Shown piece by piece: positions 25,690 to 37,500 of a DNA stretch of 64,000 bases. Position 1 is the first letter of the stretch; each line of letters opens with the position of its first letter. Origin of the DNA: Macrostomum lignano. Taxonomy: Eukaryota. Position numbers and translations under genes: made by a program. Location of the stretch: NCBI GenBank assembly GCA_002269645.1, contig NIVC01003903.1, forward strand, positions 1 to 64,000, given 5' to 3'. The notes below the pieces were generated by a model. That model was given only the letters and a program-made list of their open reading frames with translations. It made no database searches and had not been told where the DNA came from.

Positions 25690-26765
25690 GGTGAGAATAT
25701 CTAGCCCAGGTATGAGATTAGAGATTAGGCATCTACTAAAATAAATGAGAATATGAGATTAGAGATTATATATCTAATAAAATAGGTGAGATTATCTAGC
25801 CAAGGTATGAGATTTGAGATTTGACATCTACATGGTGAGAATATCTAGTCCAGGTATGAGATTATAGCTTAGACATCTACATAGGTGAGAATATCTAGCC
25901 CAGGTATGAGATTAGAGATTTCACATCTACATGGTGAGAATATCTAGCCCAGGTATGAGATTAGAGGTTAGACATCTACATGGTGAGAATATCTAGTCCA
26001 GGTATGAGATTATAGCTTAGACATCTACATAGGTGATAATATCTAGCCCAGGTATGAGATTAGAGATTTCACATCTACATGGTGACAATATCTAGCCCAG
26101 GTATGAGATTATAGATTTCACATCTACATGGTGAGAATATCTAGTCCAGGTATGAGATTATAGCTTAGACATCTACATAGGTGATAATATCTAGCCCAGG
26201 TATGAGATTAGATGTTAGACATCTACATAGGTGATAATATCTAGCCAAGGTATGAGATTAGATGTTAGACATCTACATAGGTGATAATATCTAGCCCAGG
26301 TATGAGATTAGATGTTAGACATCTACATAGGTGATAATATCTAGCCAAGGTATGAGATTAGATGTTAGACATCTACATAGGTGATAATATCTAGCCCAGG
26401 TATGAGATTAGATGTTAGACATCTACATAGGTGATAATATCTAGCCAATGTATGAGATTAGATGTTAGACATCTACATAGGTGATAATATCTAGCCCAGG
26501 TATGAGATTAGATGTTAGACATCTACATAGGTGATAATATCTAGCCCAGGTATGAGATTAGATGTTAGACATCTACATGGTGAGAATATCTAGCCAAGGT
26601 ATGAGATTAGATGTTAGACATCTACATAGGTGATAATATCTAGCCCAGGTATGAGATTAGATGTTAGACATCTACATAGGTGATAATATCTAGCCAATGT
26701 ATGAGATTAGAGATTTAAATCTAAAATAGGTGAGAATAAAGATTTGACATCTAAATGGGTGAGAA
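25690..26765. repeat. ~50-bp minisatellite ggtgataatatctagcccaggtatgagattagatgttagacatctacata
   Basis: Directly visible. Confidence 0.95.
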
Positions 26766-27384
26766 TTTCCTGCTAGGAGATGAGATCATATTTTATGTGT
26801 GAGATATACTGCAGAGAATCTAATTTACCCGAGTCTAATTGCTGTACCTCTCGGATCTCGTGTTATCAAAGCTAAGACAAAACAGCACCAGCAGTTTAAT
26901 ATTATAAGTCTTTCGCTCATAAATATAATGTGTTTTTGTTGAGTTTAAATCATTGATTTAATTGCTAAGTTAAAAAAAACTCGTAGATTTTTTCTCTTAT
27001 GATGCAAATGGTTTCTGAATGACTGAGTGAGTTTTGAAATTCATTATTTATTTAAACTAGCCTATTAATAACCTATTAACCTTTGTCTTGACTTTCAGTG
27101 GTGGCGGTTAAACATGTTAGGCAGATGTAATTCAATTATATAAATCATTAACTGTGTACTCTATGCTAGGCATAGCATGTGTACGCAATATTGGCCTATT
27201 TGGCTTTTATTGGAGGACCAAATTTCAATCATATATCTATTGCTGTGTCACCTTCTCGTAGCTCTGTAACGACTGTAATACAAGTGATGTTCACTGTTAT
27301 TGTCACTGGAGTGCCTTCTTTGTTGCTTTATAAGTCGTTTAAGTAGGTGAATGTCTTAATGAGTTATCTATTTGGTATTGCTGT

Positions 27385-28110
27385 TCAGGACTTTAGGCTG
27401 GATCCCTCACCGATTCGTCAGGACTTTAGGCTCAATCCCTCACCGATTCTTCATGACTTCAGACTCAATCTCCCGCCATTTCTCAGGACTTCAGACTCGA
27501 TCCCTCACCGATTATTCAGGACTTCAGGCTCAATCTCCCGCCATTTCTCAGGACTTCAGACTCAATCCCTCACCGTTTCTTCAGGACTTCAGACTCAATC
27601 TCCCGCCATTTCTCAGGACTTCAGACTCGATCCCTCACCGATTATTCAGGACTTCAGGCTCAATCTCCCGCCATTTCTCAGGACTTCAGACTCGATCCCT
27701 CACCGATTATTCAGGACTTCAGGCTCAATCTCCCGCCATTTCTCAGGACTTCAGACTCGATCCCTCACCGTTTCTTCAGGATTTCAGACTCAATCTCTCA
27801 CCGTTTCTTCAGGACTTCAGACTCAATCTCTCACCGATTCTTCAGGACTTCAGACTCAATCCCTCACCGTTTCTTCAGGACTTCAGGCTCAATCTCCCGC
27901 CATTTCTCAGGACTTCAGACTCGATCCCTCACCGATTATTCAGGACTTCAGGCTCAATCTCCCGCCATTTCTCAGGACTTCAGACTCGATCCCTCACCGA
28001 TTATTCAGGACTTCAGGCTCAATCTCCCGCCATTTCTCAGGACTTCAGACTCAATCCCTCACCGATTCTTCAGGATTTCAGACTAAATCTCCCGCCACTT
28101 CTCAGGATGT
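27385..28110. repeat. Alternating ~31/33-bp minisatellite (tcaggacttcag core)
   Basis: Directly visible; ends about 100 bp before METTL1. Confidence 0.95.
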
Positions 28111-28223
28111 TAGGCTAAATTCCTCAAAGCTCTTCTAGGCTTCGATCCTCAATGCTACTCCGTACTTCAAACTCGATATTTGTCCGCTCCATTTCAGACT
28201 GCAGACTCGAGCCCTCATCCTCA

Positions 28224-30139
28224 ATGGCCTCAATAAGTGAGGAGCAGCAGCTGCCGCAGAAGCGCTATTTCCGGCAGCGGGCGCACTGCAACCCGCACTC
28301 CCGGCACAGTCTGGACTCGCCAAGCCGGCCGGCTGACGTCGACTGGCCGGGCATCTTTGCCAGCGATTTCAAAGAAGGCGACGATGTGGAATTCGCCGAT
28401 GTCGGCTGCGGCTACGGCGGCATGCTGTTCGCCCTGGCCGAGCTGCACCCGGACAGGCGGGCGCTCGGCATGGAGATTCGGATTAAAGTGTGCGACTATG
28501 TGCAAGAGAAGATTCGAGCTATGCGGGCCGCTCATCCTGGTTGCTATGGCAACATTGCCTGTGTCAGGAGCAACGCTATGAAACAGTTGGTTAATTATTT
28601 TCGAAAGGTGCGCGTTCGCAGAGTTTGATAATTCTACACTCAAACAGTAACTTCTGCCAATTCCTGAGATGCCATTTTTGATCTGAAACTGTTGTCGCAT
28701 CGTTGTTAGATGTGACGCATTGAGCTGAACCACAACTTGATGCATTGATTCCAGGAAATGACACCTTAATTCCAGGAAATTACACCTTGATTCCAGGAAA
28801 TGACACCTTGATTCCAGGAAATGACTTCTTGGTTGCAGGAAATGACACCTTGATTCCAGGAAATGACACCTTGGTTGCAGGAAATGACACCTTGATTCCA
28901 GGAAATGACTTCTTGGTTGCAGGAAATGATACCTTGATTCCAGGAAATGACACCTTGATTCCAGGAAATGACACCTTGATTCCAGGAAATTACACCTTGA
29001 TTTCAGGAAATGACACCTTGATTCCAGGAAATGACACCTTGATTCCAGGAAATGACACCTTGATTCCAGGAAATTACGCCTTGATTCCAGGAAATGACAC
29101 CTTGATTCCAGGAAATTACACCTTGATTCCAGGAAATTACACCTTGATTCCAGGAAATGACTTCTTGGTTGCAGGAAATGACACCTTGATTCCAGGAAAT
29201 TACTTCTTGGTTGCAGGAAATGACACCTTGATTCCAGGAAATTACACCTTGATTCCAGGAAATTACACCTTGATTCCAGGAAATTACACCTTGATTTCAG
29301 GAAATGACACCTTGATTCCAGGAAATTACACCTTGATTCCAGGAAATGACACCTTGATTCCAGGAAATTACACCTTGATTCCAGGAAATTACTTCTTGGT
29401 TGCAGGAAATGACACCTTGATTCCAGGAAATTACACCTTGATTTCAGGAAATGACACCTTGATTCCAGGAAATTACACCTTGATTCCAGGAAATGACACC
29501 TTGATTCCAGGAAATTACACCTTGATTCCAGGAAATTACACCTTGATTCCAGGAAATTACACCTTGATTTCAGGAAATGACACCTTGATTCCAGGAAATG
29601 ACACCTTGATTCCAGGAAATGACACCTTGATTCCAGGAAATTACACCTTGATTCCAGGAAATTACTTCTTGGTTGCAGGAAATGACACCTTGATTCCAGG
29701 AAATTACACCTTGATTTCAGGAAATGACACCTTGATTCCAGGAAATTACACCTTGATTCCAGGAAATGACACCTTGATTCCAGGAAATTACACCTTGATT
29801 CCAGGAAATTACACCTTGATTCCAGGAAATTACACCTTGATTCCAGGAAATTACTTCTTGGTTGCAGGAAATGACACCTTGATTCCAGGAAATGACACCT
29901 TGATTCCAGGAAATAATGTCTCGATTCCAAGCAATGACCAAACTTGATTCCAGAGAATAACACCTTGATTACAGCAAATAATATCTTTATTCTTAAGTGA
30001 AACAATTTTTGGAAAGAACATCGTAATTCTAAGAAATTCACATCTTAGTTCTAGGAAATGATGCATTAATTTTCTGAAATGAAACTTGATAATTTAAGCA
30101 AAATCCGATTAGAAAATCAGAGGGCCGTTTTACACCCTG

Positions 30140-30189
<50 letters not shown>

Positions 30190-30812
30190 TGTATTTACAG
30201 AATTTACAAACGCTTGTATGTTTCTCAGTAGTCAGGGGATTGGGCAGAATCGCCTCAGTGTTGGTTATGAGACTATGTCGCTGGAAGCGTTGCGCCAGGA
30301 TATACTTATATGAATTGGGTTAATAAATAATATTTATTGGCCTAGTTAAAGGGTCCAGAGAGCTTCTTTCTTGGCATCGGAGACTGTTTCTGGTTTCCTT
30401 GTACATCTCACTCGTTTCTCATTGGCCATCGCGACCCCGGCAGGGCCAGCTCAGCAAGCTGCTGTTCCTGTACCCCGATCCGCATTTCAAACGGGCCAAG
30501 CACAAATGGCGAATCATCAGCCCGGCCCTGCTAGCCGAATACGCCTACGTGCTGCGGCCGGGCGGCCGGCTCTACACGGCTACTGACGTGCCCGAACTGC
30601 ACGACTGGATTGTGCAGCACGCCGCCTGCCATCCGCTGTTCCGCCAACTGTCGCCAGATGAGCTGGCGAGCGACCCATTGACGCCGCGTCTGGTCGATAC
30701 GACCGAGGAGGGCCGGAAAGCTCAACGAGAGGGTTGCAGCTGCCTGCCAGCCGTGTTCGAACGGGTGCCAGATCCGGCAGATACTACTGGCCAAACTGGT
30801 GCTGTTCAGTAG
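28224..30812 (+). CDS. METTL1: tRNA (guanine-N7)-methyltransferase catalytic subunit (Trm8/METTL1); exons 28224-28607 and 30444-30812
   Basis: LPQKRYFRQRAHCNP, EFADVGCGYGG, LGMEIR.KV.DYV, NIAC.RSNAMK, GQLSKL.FLYPDPHFK..KHKWRIIS, TEEGRK. Phase-0 intron. Confidence 0.95.
28748..29915. repeat. 21-bp intronic minisatellite attccaggaaat(g/t)acaccttg
   Basis: Directly visible; more than 50 copies. Confidence 0.97.
30145..30190. repeat. (GT)n microsatellite
   Basis: Directly visible. Confidence 0.95.
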
Positions 30813-31764
30813 TAGTGTAGTTTGCATATGCTGTTTTAATCTTATGCACGCTTTGTGAATAAATGGCTCGTAAAAAATAAATTTATTGCGTTACAATTTG
30901 CGCAAAAACTCATCCGTTTATTTGGAGAAAAACCTCTCATTTTAATTTCTCGTCTTCGACACTGATGTCTTAGAAATTTCCAATCCAGAATTCAAGCGCA
31001 GCCCATCACAGTTCAAAATGAGCAAATCAAAAACTGGACTGCGAGACGAATGATTCCTTACCAGAACAGGATATTCGACCAGATTTTTCCATAAGCGCCA
31101 GTGTATTCAGTACACCCCTGTGCGCCTGCATGTGTCTGCATCAGCTCTGACTTCGTTGGAAGCTCAACTGCTGGACATCCTCAGCTAGTCTCTTCAAGTA
31201 TTTAGTCATCACCCCGACGCCGTCGACACCTTCAACAGATTACACCAGGTGAAAGACTGCGTTGCTCCGTTCCGGCGCAGCAAAAAATTTCCAGGGTTCC
31301 CTCTTGGTAGTTCGACGGGCGGAATACATGCACGAATGGTATTATTTACCCTGCCAGCTAAGCGTACTACTTATAATCAGTAGAGAGAAGTAGAATGTTA
31401 AGGTAGCTGTCAGCAGGACAAAATCAAGGCCAGCAGACTTCTGCTCGCCACGAGTGCTGCTTGGATTCTCGAAGATAACGCTATAAACAAAATGTGACCC
31501 TACTCAGCTGCGTCTCAAAAGTGTACAAGACTGATAAGCCAAAGGTTCTTTAGACCGACCTGTACAATTTATATATGCTTATTTTGTTTGACGCTCTGGA
31601 GACAGCATTTCTTTCGGAGCAAACTCAAACCTTTTTGAGTATTCGAATTTGTTAACTGTATATTTAGGTAAGTGCAGGATCGGTTATTTGTTTTTTTTAT
31701 TCGACTACTAAAACATATTGCTTCACTTGTATTCTGCTTCCAAGCTTGCTTATGCAGCCAAGAG

Positions 31765-32041
31765 AGCAGGGCTTTGAAGGTCGGGGTTCGAATCCCGATC
31801 CCACTGGAAAAAAAATGTGTCCTTGAGCAGGGCACTTAACTCTGCATTCATTGCTTCAGTTCAGCCAGCTGTAAAATGGGTGCCAGCATTAGCTGGGGTA
31901 ATTGAGGGTGTGTGGCGACCCCCCAGTTCTTGGACTGAACAGCCGTACGCAGCCTTCAGATGCGCCGTGCAATAGCTACGGCTGAGCTGTCGGTTGCACA
32001 TCTAGCGCAATTATGGAAGGTGCATGTAATCAATTATTATT
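31765..32041 (+). mobile_element. tRNA-derived SINE with a CORE/Deu-like central domain, probably 5'-truncated
   Basis: B-box ggttcgaatccc, then gtgtccttgagcagggcacttaactc...ccagctgtaaaatggg (CORE/Deu-SINE-like), then an (att)n tail. Confidence 0.7.
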
Positions 32042-32430
32042 TAAGCGAAACTGCTTAACCATACGTTCACTTGGTGCCGTGATGCCAAAGGTAATTTTAA
32101 GTGTTTTAAGCCCCATAGCATTTTATAATTATACACCAAAATAAAGTTATCTACAGTACTCTTATCTCTGTGAACTATTGATCAAACAAAGTAAGCATTA
32201 GCTGTGATTGTGAAAACAGTCATGCCAGTCAGCTATCTGGCGCAGAACACATTTAAGGCCAGTTCTCACATCACCGCCACCAGCTCTGCGGGTCCAAAAT
32301 TGCTCAAATCAATTTCGAAATGTGTCTGAACCAACTGCACATTGATTTGAGCAATCTTAGAATCCTAACTCATCCAATTACCCAAAGAGGGCCGTTTTAG
32401 ATTTGTTATACTTCACTTGCATTCAGAAAC

Positions 32431-32862
32431 ATGAGCGACTGGGCAACGAGCAAGCCGGGCTCCGCCTACGGTGGCACCGACCGGGATCAGCTGCACTCGT
32501 CAGCCAGCTCAGTGGCCCGGTCGGGCAGATCCGGCGGCAGGCGGCTGCTCAGCGCCCGCGAGCTGCTGCTCATCTGGACACTATTCGTATTGGGCTTCGT
32601 GCTCATCCTCAGCGCTGCGGTGGCCTACTCGGCGAGGTTTGCCGGCGCCGGCACCGCCTGCCTGCTGTGCGGCATCGCCAGCATCGTCGGCGCCTTCGTC
32701 TGGCAGTGCCGGGCCAGCGGGGCGCAGCTCGCCGACCTCGGCAAGGCGGCGGCCGCCGCGAGCACCTACTCGCAGGTGCCCGCACCTGGGGTCGGCGCCA
32801 GCCCCTACAACATCCAGGATGATGCGGCTGGCGATGGGGCTCCAGCTGCCCTTCATTTCTGA
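32431..32862 (+). CDS. Small two-TM membrane protein (weak TMEM100-like resemblance)
   Basis: Single-exon GC-rich 143-aa ORF with two hydrophobic helices (LLLIWTLFVLGFVLILSAAVAYS; AGTACLLCGIASIVGAFVW). Acceptor cattcag lies 4 nt before the ATG. Confidence 0.7.
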   Translation: MSDWATSKPGSAYGGTDRDQLHSSASSVARSGRSGGRRLLSARELLLIWTLFVLGFVLILSAAVAYSARFAGAGTACLLCGIASIVGAFVWQCRASGAQLADLGKAAAAASTYSQVPAPGVGASPYNIQDDAAGDGAPAALHF

Positions 32863-33059
32863 TTTGTTTCAACTTCACTATAGTTTTATATTGTAAATTG
32901 CAAACAATATATGATTTTTATATTGTACGTAATGGACAAAATTTCTAATGAAGAAAAAACATTTGTTCTTAATTTTTACGCTCGTATGATGCTTCTCTCC
33001 AGAAAATTGTTTGATATTTAATCATCATTTTGAATGATGTGTTGATTCTGCTCGCATGC

Positions 33060-33740
33060 GTTCGGCAAGATCAAAGGCACTAGCGAGTTGGGCGGGAAGG
33101 TCAAAAAGAGACACTAGCGAGTGCGGCAAGATCAAAGAGACACTAGCGAGTTGGGGGAGATCAAAGAGACACCAGCGAGTTGAGCGGCAAGATCAAAGAG
33201 ACACCAGCGAGTTGAGCGGCAAGATCAAAGAGACACCAGCGAGTTGAGCGGCAAGATCAGAGACACCAGCGAGTTGAGCGGCAAGATCAAAGAGACACCA
33301 GCGAGTTGAGCGGCAAGATCAGAGACACCAGCGAGTTGAGCGGCAAGATCAAAGAGACACCAGTGAGTTGAGCGGCAAGATCAAAGAGACACCAGCGAGT
33401 TGAGCGGCAAGATCAAAGATACACTTGCAAGTGTCTGCAAGATCAGAGACACTAGCGAGTTGAGCGGCAAGATCAAAGAGGCACTAGCGAGTTGAGCGGC
33501 AAGATCAAAGAGACACTAGCGAGTTGAGCGGCAAGATCAAAGAGGCACTAGCGAGTTGAGCGGCAAGATCAAAGAGGCACTAGCGAGTTGAGCAGCAAGA
33601 TCAAAGAGACACTTGCAAGTGCGGCAAGATCAGAGACACTAGCGAGTTGGGCGGCAAGATCAAAGAGAGACACTACTCGTAGCAAGTGCGGCAAGATCAA
33701 AGAGATACTAGCAAGTTCGGCAAGATCAAAGAGACACTAG
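33060..33740. repeat. ~30-32-bp minisatellite gcgagttgagcggcaagatcaaagagacacca
   Basis: Directly visible. Confidence 0.93.
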
Positions 33741-34522
33741 CGAATGCAACCAAGTCATAAAAGGATAACAACTGAAGTTGAATTGACAACTTACTACACG
33801 GATAATAAATGCAATAAAATCGAAAAGCTAAATGATTCATTGTCGAAAAAGCAACGAGCCCGCAAGATGCATAACACTGTATAATAAGCTTTACGCGTGT
33901 ATTAATGCCCAGGTAACATTATTCATCAAAAGAAGTCCGAAAAATAAGAAATAACAAAAACATTGCAATAAATATTTGCTAATCATGTCACAAATGAAAC
34001 AAAATCCTTTCAATTTAGTTAGCCAGATAACCAGAGTTGCTAACGCTCTGATTATAAGCATAGCTGGATAACCCATGATTATCTACGTGTATGGATCTAC
34101 GAGTATTTATTAAATTTTTAACTGAAAGGAATGTGAATGACACTGATTTAATATAATACTTTATAAAAACCTACACGTCCTTTTTATAATCTTAGCTGGA
34201 TTCTGGAATAAAAAATAACAAGTTTAACAGCGGCACTTTAGCGGTAGAAGCTGGCATCAGTAGTATAATAAGTGCACGAGCTTCTTATTTATGATAGCAT
34301 GCTGTACATGCAACAAGGCCTAGCATTGACAGGTGGCACCAGGAAGATTTCGGTTGCAGGTCGTACAAGTTTGTTAAAAATTAAACTATATTATATTAAA
34401 TTTTGGAAGCAAAGGTTCCGCATACGGTGAGTTACTATCATAGTCTGATGATTATTTATTAAAAAATCACGCCATCAGTTCTAAAGAGATGGACCAGGCG
34501 CCTGGCAGATTTTATTCCGACT

Positions 34523-37500
34523 TTAGCCTTGCCTCAGCCGCTCCAGGGTTTGAGTCAGCAGCTGCACCTGGCCCTGAAATGCAAATAGTTGCTTGCCTAG
34601 GTAACCTTCGAACCTTTGAGCTCAAAAAAGATTCGAGCTCATAAAGATTCGAGCACATGAAGATTCGAACTCATAAAGATTCGAGCTCATGAAGATTCGA
34701 GTTCATAAAGATTTAATTTCATGAATATTTGAGCTATAAGGATTCGAGTTCATGAAGATTTGAATTCATGAAGATTCGATTTCATAAAGATTCGAGCTCA
34801 TAAAGATTCGAGCTCATGAAGATTCGAGTTCATAAAGATTCGAGCTCATAAAGATTCGAAGTCATAAAGATTCGAGCTCATAAAGATTCGAAGTCACAAA
34901 GATTCGAGCACATAAAGATTCGAAGTCATAAAGATTCGAGCTCACAAAGATTCGAGCACATGAAGATTCGAGTTCATAAAGATTCGAAGTCATAAAGATT
35001 CGAATTCATAAAGATTCGAGCTCACAAAGATTCGAGCTCATAAAGATTCGAAGTCATAAAGATTCGAAGTCATAAATATTAGAGCCAATAAAGATTCGAA
35101 GTCATAAATATTAGAGCCAATAAAGATTCGAAGTCATAAATATTAGAGCCAATAAAGATTCGAAGTCATAAATATTAGAGCCAATAAAGATTCACAGTCA
35201 TGAAGATTCGAGGCTTCGAGCTGATAAAGATTCGAGCTCATAAAGATGAGACAGCACAGCTAACAGTAACAACGGCTCACCCTGGAGTGCTTGATCTGCA
35301 GTTCGGCCAGCTCCGTGAGATTCTTGTGCAGGTAGGCCACCCAGCGCTGCTTGAAGCTGATCAGCTCGGCCCTGGCCGCCTCAGAGATGGTGTTGAACGT
35401 GTTAAACGCCGCCTCCTGATCAGCCTCGGCCTTCTGCACCGCTTTGCCCTTAGCCCGGGCCTTTTCTAATTCTTTATTAGCGGACTCAAAGTCGGCCAGA
35501 GCTCTGGCCCGCCTGTACAGCAGGTCCTTGGCGCTGTTGCAGTCGGATACGTAATAGTGCAGAGTGTCCGCCAGCTTCAGGTCGCTGTCCGAGGCTGTCC
35601 GGCCTTCCAGCTTGCGGTACCGTTCGCAGAACTCTGCGAATGAGCTCAGAAACCTGCCGGGTTCGGGGGCGGGCGGACCGTTGGAATTTTAATTGGTTTC
35701 TGTGACATTTGAAGGCGATCGCGGTTGACTATGCACGGACAATGACTAGGGGCACCAGGCTAACCATGAACGTCATCACCCGCAATCCACGACCATGCAC
35801 ATGCAGCCATCACCCGCAATCCACGACCATGCACATGCAGCCATCACCGGCAAACCATACACTGGTCAGCACCCACAAATCCAGAAATCGGTCATCACCT
35901 GCAAATCATAAATCGGTCATCACCCACAATCCATAAAATGGTCATCACCCACAATCCATAAAATGGTCATCACCCACAATCCATAAAATGGTCATTACCC
36001 ACAATACAGAAATCGGTCATCACCCACAATCCATAAAATGGTCATCACCCACAATCTAGAAACCGGTCATCACCCACAATCCATAAAATGGTCATCACCC
36101 ACAATCCATAAAATGGTCATCACCCACAATCCATAAAATGGTCATCACCCACAATCCATAAAATGGTCATTACCCACAATCTAGAAATCGGTCAGCACCC
36201 ACAATACAGAAATCGGTCATCACCCACAATCCATAAAATGGTCATCACCCACAATCTAGAAACCGGTCATCACCCACAATCCATAAAATGGTCATCACCC
36301 ACAATCTAGAAATCGGTCATCACCCACAATCCATAAAATGGTCATCACCCACAATCCATAAAATGGTCATCACCCACAATCCATAAAATGGTCATCACCC
36401 ACAATCTAGAAATCGGTCAGCACCCACAATACAGAAATCGGTCATCACCCACAATCCATAAAATGGTCATCACCCACAATCCATAAAATGGTCATCACCC
36501 ACAATCCATAAAATGGTCATCACCCACAATCTAGAAATCGGTCAGCACCCACAATACAGAAATCGGTCATCACCCACAATCCATAAAATGGTCATCACCC
36601 ACAATCTAGAAACCGGTCATCACCCACAATCTAGAAACCGGTCATCACCCACAATCCAGAAATCGGTCAGCACCTACAATCCAGAAATCGGTCAGCGCCC
36701 ACAATCCAGAAATCGGTCAGCACCCACAATCCAGAAATCGGTCATCACCCACAATCCAGAAATCGGTCAGCACCCACAATCCAGAAATCGGTCATCACCC
36801 ACAATCCAGAAATCGGTCATCACACTTAAACTATAAACCGGTTATTACCCACAAATCATAAATCGGTCATCACCCTCAAATCATAAATCGGTCCTCACCC
36901 TCGAATCATAAATCGGTCATCACCCACAATTCATAAATCGGTCATCACCCTCAAATCATAAATCGGTCATCACCCTCAAATCATAAATCGGTCATCACCC
37001 TCAAATCATAAATCGGTCATCACCCGCAATTCATAAATCGGACATCACCCACAAATCATAAATCGGTCATCACCCGCAAACCATAAATCGGTCATCGCCC
37101 ACAACAGAGATTAGCCACGGGGCGCTAAACTCACTCGGCCAGCCCATCGTCCCGTTCAAACTTGGTGCAGGCGGAGGCGCAGGCTGACACGCGAATGTAG
37201 GTGTCCGCGGTGGCTGAAACAGGTTGCCAATTCGAAATTGTAATAGATCAATAAATCAAACATGCCAGCAATCCAGATGGGAAAATCCGAGCACCTTTAT
37301 AATGCCGATTCATCCTGTCAGCCTCGGACAGAGCGGACCTCAGATGCCCGTAGAACACGGTGATGAAGCGTTTCTGAGCCTCGAAAAATTCGTCTTTCTC
37401 TTTTTGAGTTGACAGAATTGCGTCATCGACAGTTTTCCAGCCGGTCTTGAGGAAGCCCTGCACCATCTCGCGCTTGTTCTTGGACCGGACGCTCAGCTGG

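Noticed and set aside
27347-30041. Long ORFs (QDFRL…, IPGNDTL…, FLESRC…) around METTL1
   Set aside because: Translations of the 31/33-bp and 21-bp repeats; METTL1 splices cleanly around the 21-bp array.
30960-31275. Coding-looking fragment (…RMIPYQNRIFDQIFP* / …LTSLEAQLLDILS*SLQVFSHHPDAVDTFNRLHQ)
   Set aside because: Contains stops and frame changes and I recognise no family; possibly a decayed gene piece, but unsupported.
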